Source: Octopus sinensis
Lineage: Eukaryota
Direction of reading: 5' to 3'
Assembly (NCBI RefSeq): GCF_006345805.1
Contig: NC_043015.1
Coordinates: forward strand, 13,082,001 to 13,146,000
DNA length: 64,000 nt
The notes under the pieces are model-generated. The model saw only the letters and a program-made list of their open reading frames with translations. It ran no database searches and had not been told where the DNA came from. Made by a program: the position numbers and the translations under genes. This document shows positions 13,531-24,322 of this stretch, in pieces. Positions within the stretch are counted from its first letter, which is position 1; the number at the start of each line of letters is the position of its first letter.

Positions 13531-14416
13531 TTGCAATAGATATTTTATTGGTTGAACAATATTTCAACAAGCCTGTTTTTGTTGAGTTCAAAATAAAAAT
13601 TCAAAATTATAGAAATTTAAATTTAAAATATGAACAAGAGCAACCAGTGTCTACACATTGATAGAATGACATCATCAGTCTTAAGTTTCAATTTTATAAC
13701 AAGCAAAAAGAAAGACAGAAAAAAAGAGGAAAGAAGAAAGGAAAAAGAACAGTTAATCAAACAGTTTTGTATAAACTTGATGATATTCTCCTGTCATTTT
13801 ATTCATTCCTCCAGGGCATGATATTAATAACCCGCAAACATATTTCTTCTCATGCATTTTGAGAAGTGCAAAAGAAGCAGATTTAGAATATTTTCTGAGA
13901 ATATGCACTTTCAAATCTTTTTCAAAATTGCATCTGTTTGAAGCAAAATGTTCGGCAAGTTCTGTCGAACTACTGTTATTGTGCCTGATGTCATATCTGT
14001 GTCCATTAAATCTTTTGTTTAATTGTTCTGTTGTATAACCAACATAAATCAAGTTGTGTTTCATGCATTCTGCCACATAAACGAAATGGGAATCTCTACA
14101 TGTTCCATCTTCTGTATAAATCATAACATTTCTGTTATGATTCCTGATGGAATTCACATGACTCATGTTGTTGCACAATAAACAGGGCTTATCTCCCATG
14201 TGGCTGCTTTTCAAGGTACAATGTGCAGATACCTCAATGTTCGTTTTCTTGGAGTCAGAAATAGAGGTCATTCCATCAAAGTGTGGATGCTTGTTGCTCT
14301 CATTCATACTTTAAATTCAAATTTCTATAATTTTGAATTTTTATGACTTGTTTTGAACTTGACAAAGACTGACTTGCTGTTGAAATATCATTCAACCAAT
14401 AAAATATCTATTGTGA
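13531..14416. repeat. Inverted repeat (13531-13673 / 14264-14416) enclosing a GIY-YIG ORF; inverted Penelope pseudo-LTR arrangement
   Basis: caatagatattttattggttgaa...atagaatgacatc is the reverse complement of gaggtcattccatc...ttcaaccaataaaatatctattg. Confidence 0.88.
13753..14307 (-). CDS. Uninterrupted 184-aa ORF, Penelope (Neptune-like) GIY-YIG endonuclease domain
   Basis: CLLC...TCRDSHFVYVAEC..HNLIYVGYT...LNKRFNGHRYDIR...LAEHF...HEKKY...L...PGGMN matches the PLE GIY-YIG motif order; expression unknown. Confidence 0.75.
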   Translation of the reverse strand: MNESNKHPHFDGMTSISDSKKTNIEVSAHCTLKSSHMGDKPCLLCNNMSHVNSIRNHNRNVMIYTEDGTCRDSHFVYVAECMKHNLIYVGYTTEQLNKRFNGHRYDIRHNNSSSTELAEHFASNRCNFEKDLKVHILRKYSKSASFALLKMHEKKYVCGLLISCPGGMNKMTGEYHQVYTKLFD

Positions 14417-14432
14417 TAATAATAATAATAAT

Positions 14433-15313
14433 AATTTCAAATAATGGCACAAGGCCAGCAATTTTAGAGGAGGGGGTTAGTTGGTTACATTGACCCCAGT
14501 ATCTAACTGGTACTTTATTTACCAACTCTGAAAGGATGAAAAGTAAAGTTGATTTCAATTGTATTTGAACCAAAAACATAAAAAGTCAGGACATAAAGAG
14601 TCAGACACTACATGGCATATTTGTCCAATGCATCAATGATTCTGCTATTTTGCTGCCTTAATACAAATAATGATGATGATAATTCTTGCGCACAAGGCCT
14701 GAAATTTTTGGGGAGAGGGCTAGATGATTACAATGACCCCAGTGTCTAACTAACACTTATAATATTGACTCTGAAAGGATGAAAGCAAATTTGACCTTGG
14801 CAGAATGTAAAGTGGGAAGAAATACAGTTAAGCATTTTGTTCAGTCTGCTAATGGTTCTACCAGCTTGCCACCTTGGTGATGATGATCATCATTATTCAA
14901 ATTTTGACACAAGGTCAGCAATTTTAATGGGAGTAGTTAGTTGATTACATTAACTTCAGTACTTGATTGGTACTTTATTTTATCAACCTCAAAATGATGA
15001 AAAGCAGTTGACCTTAGCGTGATTTGAACTCAGAATGTCATTTTTGTCTGACATGCCAATGATTCTACCAGCTTACTGCCTTAACAATAATATTAATGGA
15101 TTCAAATTTTGGTACAAGGCCAGCTATTTTGGGGGAGAGAATAAGTCAATTACATCTACCCCAAGTGCTCAACTGGTATTTATTTTACTGACCCTGAAAG
15201 TATGATAGGTGAAGTTAACCTCAGCAAAATTTGAACTCAGAACATAGTCAAATGAAATACAGCAAAGCATTCTTTTTCTAATGCTCTAATGATTCTGCCA
15301 GGTCATCACTCTA
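14433..15313 (-). mobile_element. Four head-to-tail copies of the ~215-bp SINE
   Basis: Units at about 14433-14660, 14683-14876, 14893-15085 and 15098-15313, each (c/t)acaaggcc...ggatgaaa-like...gattct-like, separated by (AAT/GAT)n. Confidence 0.85.
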
Positions 15314-15459
15314 ATAACAATAAAACCAAAATGTTAACAATCTATATCTGATTGTATTTTACCAGGTAGGAAAAATTTTTGCTTGAAAACCGAATGCAAA
15401 AAAAATAGAAGAAAAAATAGAAAAAATTAATTGGTGATAATTCAGATAATTTAAATAAG

Positions 15460-15610
15460 ATTATATGTACATTATTTGCATTATTTACATTTGATGGATA
15501 TTTGTCCTCATCTTTGTTGTTAACACAACGTTTTGGCTGATATACCCTCCAGCCTTCATCAGGTGTCTTGGGGAAATTTTGAACCTGGGTTCTCATTCCT
15601 AAGGTATTTT

Positions 15611-15653
<43 letters not shown>

Positions 15654-15962
15654 TCACTGCTTAGAATCTAACTCGGAATCTTGGGGTTAGTATCCTGCAC
15701 TCTTAACCACTACGCCATATGCCCATGGCGTAGTGGTTAAGAGCACGGGCTACTAACCCCAAGATTCTGAGTTCAATTCCAGGCAGTGACCTGAATAATA
15801 ATAATAATAATATTGGAAAATACCTTAGGAATGAGAACGCGAGTTCAAAATTTCTCCAAGACATCAGCTGAAATGTTGTGTTAACAACAAACTCGATGAG
15901 AACAAATATCTGTCAAATGTAAATAATGTACATAATTCTTCACCTCTTAAATATTGAACTGT
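15460..15962. mobile_element. Head-to-head inverted pair of a tRNA-headed, hammerhead-bearing short element
   Basis: Symmetry centre at 15719-15724; right arm reads TGGCGTAGTGG (A box)...GAGTTCAATTCC (B box)-(AAT)n-aaaataccttaggaatgagaac...aatgtacataat and the left arm mirrors it. Confidence 0.9.
15522..15567 (-). ncRNA. Minimal type I hammerhead ribozyme motif
   Basis: Minus strand GACAC-CTGATGA-A-GGCTG-gagggtatat-CAGCC-AAAA-CGTT-GTGTT; the right-arm copy keeps GAAA but has lost CTGATGA and the 5' side of stem II. Confidence 0.8.
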
Positions 15963-16899
15963 AAAATTATATGGATGGCACTTCCAGGAAATTCTGGGTG
16001 TACTGTGTGTGTTATCCCTATGAAAACCATAAAATAAGGATTTAAGTAAATTTCCTACAGTTTTCTTAAATCCTTATTTAATTTCTATTTTAGAAAAAAA
16101 AACAAATATGTTCATAAGCTTTTACTTGCCTTAACAAATGAGCTAAACTGCCATAACTCATTGGGAATTCTAATACCAAGTCAAATTGAAGTTGTTATAG
16201 ATTTTGGCTATATAGCTTTTTTTTTTTTTTTTTTTTTACATCAGTTAATTATCTATTCTAAGTCTTAATTTTCTGCTCTATTACCCGTGTAGTATCCTAT
16301 TTAAATGTCTGAAATTTATCTAATTTAATGGTTGAGAATTCTAATGTTTTAGTAGGAATTCCAATAGATATTGTAGATTCTAATTCTGGTGTTCAGCATA
16401 TTCTGCTTCAGATCTCTCTAGTACTATTATAGTAAATGCAACAGTATTATTTTCGAAACCATTGTGTTAAAAAATAAAAAATAAAGCAGTGCTCCAGCAT
16501 GGCTGCTGTCAAATGACTGAAGCAATTAAAAGAATAAAAGCATTCCAATTAAATGATGCTAAAATTGACGAGATTGCACACTGTAGACCTAATTCACATT
16601 TTTCATATAAACCAGAGTAAATAGTGGATGATGATAACATTAGGCTGCTATAAATGTAGTTGTGTGTGAAATGTTCCTTTGATTAGAGGAATAATAGGTA
16701 AACATTTTCTGAAGTAATACCTGTAAGAGAAACTGGATTGCTGATAAAAATAGATCACTATGGATTTTGAAGATTCAATTGTTATACTGAAAGTAATGCA
16801 AAAGTGTGCATAACTTTTTCATTAATGGATACAGGTATCCATTAATCAAGTTGCACATGCTGGTAGAGTAACTTTTCCTCTATAGATCTTCTTCCTTTT

Positions 16900-17880
16900 G
16901 TTCATTGCAGGCAAATAATGGGTTCTATGCAGCAGCAAAAATTGTTTTTGAGTTCTTGACAAAGGAGGGTTGCAGGCTGTCTGACATACAAAAGCCTACA
17001 GATTGTTTACAAAAATGATACCATTTACAAGAGTAGTGTGCACAGATCGAGGAAGAAGTTTAAAGAAGGGGAAACTAGTATTAAAGACAGATCACACAGA
17101 GTAGGATCATCAACAGCAACCAATTGACATCAATCATCAGTGAGCGGATGAAATGGTTTGCACAACAAATAAGTTGCAATCTGTGGTCACAATGCATTGC
17201 AGAAGATGGTGGAAGACTGGAGATTAAAAGAGTATACAAAGTAAGAACCTTGACAGTTGACACCTGATTTGAAGAAGAGAAGGGTGGCAGCTTGCTCTGA
17301 TCTATTGGAAACATTTGAAGCCAACAAAAAATTTTTTTTCTGTTCTTGATCTGATGACTGGGGATGAAATTTGGTTGTATCTTTGATCCAGAAACAAAGG
17401 CTCAGACCATGCAAGGCCTAAGAGCTTCAAGAGTCACTGATCAGCACAGAAAATCATGGTGACTATTTTGGAGGATGACATGGGCATCATTTTCATACCA
17501 CTTGTTGTAAGCAGCAAGTTGTGCATTTGAGACCCTAAAGGAGTTTAGAGAAGCTATTAGGTGGAAAGGAATGAACAGAAATATGAAAACAATCCATATT
17601 TCATCATGTCACTGTATAACCACATAAATCTATCAAGCAACCAGCAAATTGGGCTGGCTAGTGGTCTTTCAGCCATCATACAGTTCAGATCTGGCATCCT
17701 CTGACTTCCATCTGTTTGGGCCAGTGAAGGACAGTCTTCTAGGACAACTAATTGATGACACAGACCAGTTGGAAGTGATTATATAGAAAAAGGTACAGCA
17801 AAAGAGGATTTGAGAGTTGGGTTCATTGATGGCACAAATGCATCACTTGCAATTGAGATTATGTTGAGTAAATACTATGT
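16900..17880 (+). pseudogene. Degenerate mariner transposase
   Basis: EFLTKEG, KKFKEGETSIKD, MTGDEIWLY, DPETK, QPSYSSDLASSDFHLFGPVK, WHKCI; many stops and frameshifts. Confidence 0.85.
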
Positions 17881-19050
17881 ATAGCAGATAAATTACTCAA
17901 TGAACATATGCAATTTGAACAGCCTATGTCAGTTAACAAAAAAAAGTTACATCTACTTTTGCATAAATTTTGGCCCTCAAGATAAATATCTACACTTAGG
18001 TTAGCGTGTTTTTTTTTCTAAAATAGATAAAAATAGAAATTGTAAAAATTAATTCAACAGCATGATAAAAATGTGTATACTCTATTTCTAGTTCATAGTT
18101 TAAGCTGGTGAGGCTATTCACTGGGATGTTAAACTGAAGCAAAATAGAAGCAAAATAATGAATAATGATCAGGTAACAACGAAAGAAAAGTTTAGGAATT
18201 TACTTTGGTTATGTCACATATAGAAATAATGTATTTTATAAGTGTATGTATTTTTGGATGATATTTTCCCTATTTTTTATACTAACCTGTCAGCATGAAG
18301 TCTAATAGTATATAATTTCATCTCTTGACATTTGTTACCATGCCTTCACCATCTCTCTCTCATGAAATTCAAAAGAAATGAGTACCACTTTATATAATTT
18401 TCTCTTGTTTTTCTTTTTTTTCTTGTGTTAGTCAAGGTAGAAGCAGTAGCCATGAAATTTTAAATGCTTTTTCCGACTGGTGGAGTTGGTGAAGTTCATG
18501 CTTCTAACCTCAGGACAATGTCTGCAAACAAAAAATTCTGAGAAAGGAGTGAACAGGGAATCTAGTTTGAATGTTTGCAACAGTGAATTCTGCTAAAGGT
18601 CTTTCCAAGGACCAGGTTATGGTGTTAAGTTTACCACTCTGGATGTAGTTACTTATTACTCTAAAGTAATATCTTACAAAGGAGACACTGAGGTGGTTTC
18701 TACCAGTTTTCTCTGGTCGGGTATAAAGACATGTTTTTAGGAGAATTGTGAGAACCAAACTTTTTTTTTTAAGGGTTTTAGCTATGCAAGATAAAATAAA
18801 GTTGCTACAACCAGCAACAAAAATTAGGTCATGGATCCGAGTTTCAGAAATCCATTCATACCTTATCCAGCTGCTAATATTCATTGCCTTGCCTTTGTAG
18901 CCCACAATTATGTGAAATATGTTAAACCCGATTCTCTTGTTTGCTACATTTCCTTTGGATTCAATAGCTTGTCATAACTTCCTTTTCAGTGAAAAATATT
19001 AAGTTTTGGTTTTGTTGCTTTGCTTTGATAAATCTATCCTATTCTATTTA

Positions 19051-19909
19051 TAGGAGGTGAATTCCAGAACTTTTGAGACTTTTTAGAAGAGGTAGTCATA
19101 ATTATACGTCCAATAAGCTATTGCTATACAGCTAATAAGCTGACCTCTCAACTTTTGTTATTCCAGATTGAAGGAGACAGTTGTAACAGCACTTTCAACA
19201 CATCCTAGTAAACACTGCTTGTCGTAGCTGACTAGTTTGCAGAATGTAGTTGGGACATTTAAAAGCTTTCTGTGCAATAAAGTTTTCTATCAAAATGCCA
19301 CAGAAACTTACGAAGTGTTCTAGACTGCTTATTGATTAATTTTTTTCACTGGCACAAGAGGTTCAAGGACAGAAGAGAGGTGAAGAATGATGAGAGGTGT
19401 GGGAGGGAGCGAGATGTAATAGATTATTAGAGCTGGTCAAGGAAATTTGCAATTTTCAGGGTGAAGACTGTTGTGTGTCTAAAAAGACAATGATTAGTTT
19501 GGAGTTGGTGTGGCACTTGAACACAGAATTATTCATGAAAATCTGAACATGCACAAAATTTGAATTTTATTCTCAGTGTGCTTAGTGATGAACATGCTGG
19601 TAACCAATTACTTGATGATGGAGATAGCCATCAAAACTGTTCCTCACCCGCTCTATAGTCCAGACCTTGCTCCTTGTGGCTATTGGTTGTTCCCTAAGCT
19701 AAAGGAGAACCTCAGGGGCAGTTGTTTTGAAGATGAAAAAGGCTGTGTCAGGAGTCCTGGACACCTTCCCTTTGGAAGACTTCCATGTGGCCTTCACATG
19801 TGCATTGAATTGAGAGGATCCTACTTAGGAGATAAGACTTTTGTACTTCTTTGAAGATAATAAATGTCTCTCCTGAAAATGTTCAAAAACTTCTGGAATC
19901 CACCTTGTA
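19051..19909 (+). mobile_element. Internally deleted mariner with TIRs
   Basis: TIRs taggaggtgaattccagaactt / aacttctggaatccaccttgta; HPLYSPDLAPCGYWLFPKLKENLRG in ORF 19576-19854. Confidence 0.85.
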
Positions 19910-22289
19910 TGTACAAAAGACTTATCCAACTGCTAAATAGTGTACTAAATCTCTTTTTACAGTTGGTTACTAGTACTAGTATCTTTTTGCAGTTAGTTGC
20001 CAGTAGACTCTTTGGGAATGCCTGAAAATTTCACTTTTAGTGATTCAAAGACCAATGAACTGATGTAGTTTAACATCAGTGCCTGTCAGGTTTGATCTCA
20101 GCATTTACATGATAAATATCGTCAGCTAAGTAGACTGTCATTAAAGATTTAGTTTTTTCTTTGGATGTAGTGCAAGTAATGTTCAGCAAGAGCTAATCTA
20201 TACTCTGTTGAGTTTGTCATTAAGAATTATGATAAGCCTGAATTTTTGCTTCAGAGAAATTAATTCCATCATTGCTACAAACTAGGACACTGCAAGATCT
20301 ACTTTATGATATAACTGTTTGGAATGTAAACTTGTTTTGATAGCAATTACATTATATAGTTATCTAATATTTTGGCATGCTAGGAGTTTATGGCTCGCTT
20401 AACTGTAACCAGAGAGTTTGAAAAACTAAAATTGTTGTTTGTGAGACCAAAAATCATTTTAAAAGATTGAAAATAGTGTCAGCACAAACCACAGAAAAAT
20501 TGAGTTACAGTGAGAACACTTGTATTCTGACACCCCACTTATTCTGATTTACATAAATCAACGAAGCTTGAATCTTGGTCATTAGTCAAACTAGTATCAA
20601 TGACAATGTTGACAATAGAAGCTATATAATATATCTCATTGTGCATTTATAGCATGTGGTATATAAAAGCCATTAGTTTTTTTTCATATATCTTTATAAG
20701 TAGTATAATCTCTTTTATATGTTTGTATATGCATTTCATTAATACATTAAAAACAAATGTCAAATGAGTACTGGGGTTGTTATAATTGACTGGTTATTCT
20801 CAACACTTTCCAAACATACATACACATACATACATGTACAAGCTCACATACATGCACAAACGTTTCTGGTTTTACGCCTTTGTTAGAAATCGTTATTAAC
20901 ATTGTAATAGGTGTTGACATTTATAGTTTGGATATCTAAACTTCCTTCACTAGTTATTTTCCTTTCTGTATGAATTTGTACAACTAAGCTGAATCATTGT
21001 ATATGAATGTATTTCATCTAATGAGAATTTCTACTGGATTTAAAAATTTTTCTTAAATGCTAAGGTAAAAAAGAAAATTGATTTAATTTCATATAGGTGA
21101 CCTTTCAGTCAGCATTATTGAGTAGTTTTGAGATAATTTGGAAATATTCTGCTGGAAGTTTGATGGTTGTTTTTGAGATGCTTTGTTTCAGATTTGCTAT
21201 TGTGGTGAGAAATATTGTGTCAATCATCTGACTACTTTTGATTTCATAAAATATTAAATTATTAATGCAGTATGATTTAGAAATGTGCTAGAAGTAAAAC
21301 ACTAAAGGAAATTAGCTGCAAAAAAAAAAAAAATTTTCGCTATAAGCATACTGTTTTTTCTGAAGGAGATTATAAAATTAATTGTGGACTAAATAGAATG
21401 GTGTAGTTAGCCAATGTATATGTGGAAATTTAGTATGGAAAGGATTTTCTAACCTTTTCCTAATTAGGAAATTTGTAATTATATTATGCATCAAATTACC
21501 CATACAGCTGATTCCAGAAAGTCACCATTTTGTCATTACTTCTAATTATAAATTACCTATTGTTAAGTATTTGTGTTAGATTCCTCTCATGAAATCCATT
21601 AGAAAGAATTGTAATGATTTATCAATGCTAGTATTCTGAATGTATCATTCATTTCTAGGTCATTGTCTATTGATTTGTCTACATCTCTTGTATTGGCTTA
21701 ACTTTATTTCCTCTGCTATCAATATTTTGCAGACAGTTATTCAATGTATCTTTAACTATATCATTTTTAGTATGTTGTGGAATTTCTATGTATTAAAGTT
21801 TACTATAAAATTAAACCTATACCGAATAGTATTAACCTTTTCCTTACATTGAAGAGGAATGACATTTGAAGATAAATTCACAAGTTTTCTTACTTTAATT
21901 TTAAATTGTCATTTTTAGAGCAGAATATAAATTGTGAAATAAAATTTCTTGTTTTCTAAAGAATATATTGAAAATTATATACCTTCAGGTCTAAGCTGAA
22001 GCTAAGCTAAGCTAAGCAATTCTTAAAATTTACTAGAAATTATTTAAATCCAATCATATATCAACATAAATAATCAAATATCACTTCTAAAATAATTTAT
22101 AGAAAAATTATCACAACTTTGAAACTGAGTATAGTAAATAACTTGCAAAATTAATAATATGGAAATAAATATGTTGCCCTAAGCTCTCAATTCCTGGTGG
22201 AGTTCTGATGCACAGCATGTCTAAGGGATCTAAACCTGGAATGCAATATGCTTTAAGCATTTAAACTCTCTCCAGGTTTGATCATACCT

Positions 22290-22354
22290 GATCTCTATGT
22301 CTTTCCTTTCTTCCTTTTTTTTCTTTTCCCTTTCTCTCTTTCTTTCTCTCTTCT

Positions 22355-22394
<40 letters not shown>

Positions 22395-22396
22395 TT

Positions 22397-22432
<36 letters not shown>

Positions 22433-22490
22433 TTCTTTCTTTCTTTTTCTTTCTTTCTTTCTCTTTCTTTCTTTTTCTTTCTTTCTTTTT
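22290..22490. repeat. (TTTC)n microsatellite
   Basis: Direct reading; explains the low-complexity ORFs at 22230-22577. Confidence 0.95.
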
Positions 22491-23142
22491 TAATATCAAC
22501 TTCAGAAGGATGAAAGGCAAAGTCGACTTTGATGGAATTTGAACTCTGAACATAAAGGTTGCAACTAAAGACAGCAAGGCATGCCTGTCACTATAGTTTT
22601 TGCTTGTCCATTTCTCTTAATAATTGCTCCAACATAGGCACAATGCCAAAAAATGTTAGGGAAATGGTTAGTAGATTAAATCAGCACCGGTTCTCATTGG
22701 TATTAATTCTTCTTTCCAAGATCAATAGATAAAGATTTTATCGACTCTGGAAAGGTAAAATGCAGAATCAACGTCAATGAGGTTTAAACTTAATGTAAAG
22801 AGCCCTTGATAATAAAAATTGAAATTTGAAAGTAGTATTTTTTTTTTCTTTCTGTAAATATTTCAGGATGTGCATCTATATATATCCAAATCAATTCATG
22901 TAAAGTTAAAATATTTTCATCATTCATTTCCTTTAAAAAAAACCAAAAGCCAATATTTTATTCCAGCATACCATAACAGCATGAACAATATTTTCTTTAA
23001 TTGCTTTAAAAAGATAGTGTTATATTGCACATCTTTTCAGATTATATAAAATGAAAACCTTGAGAAAATTGGCTTTTATTTATAGTAACATAAAAATAGT
23101 TTACCACTGAAAATTATCTTCCTAGTGTGTGTGTGTGTGTGT

Positions 23143-23547
23143 GATAAACTACCTACATCACTTGCTATAAAAGCAGGTGGTAAAAAGATTTACCTGTCCT
23201 TATTCTTAGTGCAAGTTTTGAAGAGTGCAATTCGATTTTAACAGTTATTTTTTTCAAAGCTATAATAGAAGTGACAAAGGGGTATATTCAGCATATTTTG
23301 CTTTATGAGTGCAATAAAGGTAACAGCACAATGGAAAGTGCAAGGAATATTAATGCAGTTTATGGGGATCAGACAATAAACATAAGCCAGTGCCAACTGT
23401 GGTTCCAGAAATTCTGAGCCAGAAACTACAGCCTAGAAGATGAGCCTCATCCTGGAAGTTCTGTGGAGCTCAACGAGGACGTTCTGCAAACCCTGGTGTA
23501 ACAAAATCCCATCATAACTGTTGAGGATCTAGCAGAGATGCTTCCAT
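23143..23547 (+). mobile_element. Partial inverted duplicate of the adjacent mariner (HTH region)
   Basis: Near-identical reverse complement of 23816-24218; encodes EVTKGYIQHILLYE...AVYGDQTI...WFQKF*ARNYSLEDEPHPG. Confidence 0.9.
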
Positions 23548-23642
23548 GGAGCTAATAAGCGGACAGCTTTATTCTTATTTTTATAAGAATGCCATATTAG
23601 TATGGCGATAACTATTAATTTCCAGGAACGCTGCCGTGTTCT

Positions 23643-23676
<34 letters not shown>

Positions 23677-23680
<4 letters not shown>

Positions 23681-24280
23681 CATCCCATATATAATGCATT
23701 TTTTTAATACTGTCCTTCATTTTCTACAATGCTCTCCCAACTATCTGGTAGACTTGCAAGGCCCCTCTTCCAAAATTCACTTGTCCATGACGAAAAATAC
23801 TCCTCCATTATCCTGATGGAAGCATCTCTGCCAGATCCTCAACAGTTATGATGGGATTTTGTTACACCAGGGTTTGCAGAACGTCCCCGTTGAGATCCAC
23901 AGAACTTCCAGGATGAGACTCATCTTCTAGGCTGTAGTTTCTGGCTCAGAATTTCTGGAACCACAGTTGGCACTGGTTTATACTTATTGTCTGATCCCCA
24001 TATACTGCATTAATATTTCTTGCACTTTCCATTGTGCTGTTGCCTTTATTGCACTCATAAAGCAAAATATGCTGAATATACCCCTTTGTCACTTCTATTA
24101 TAGCTTTGAAAAAAATAACTGTTAAAATCGAATTGCACTCTTCAAAACTTGCACTAAGAATAAGGACAAGGTAAAATTACTACCTGCTTTTATAGCAAGT
24201 TGATGTAGGTAGTTTATCCTGTCCCCCTCCGACTTTGAGTTCATACAATTGAAAAAACTGCATTATTTATGGGATGACTC
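23677..24280 (-). mobile_element. Non-autonomous mariner (HTH region joined to extreme C-terminus) with TIRs
   Basis: TIRs gtcatcccatatataatgca / tgcattatttatgggatgac; C-terminal EYFSSWTSEFWKRGLASLPDSWESIVENEGQY*; (TA)n flank. Confidence 0.85.
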
Positions 24281-24288
24281 TCTCTTTC

Positions 24289-24322
<34 letters not shown>

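Noticed and set aside
15725-15790. Real tRNA gene
   Set aside because: No proper acceptor stem, weak anticodon stem, embedded in a repeat; treated as a SINE-type head.
18480-18905. 131-aa minus-strand ORF, and a + strand KFTTLDVV fragment resembling a PLE RT motif
   Set aside because: The ORF has no recognisable domain or splice context, and the RT resemblance is too fragmentary to call.
22230-22577. K/E/R-rich and F/L/S-rich ORFs (also 35385-35793 and 47154-47664)
   Set aside because: Translations of microsatellite or pyrimidine-rich tracts.
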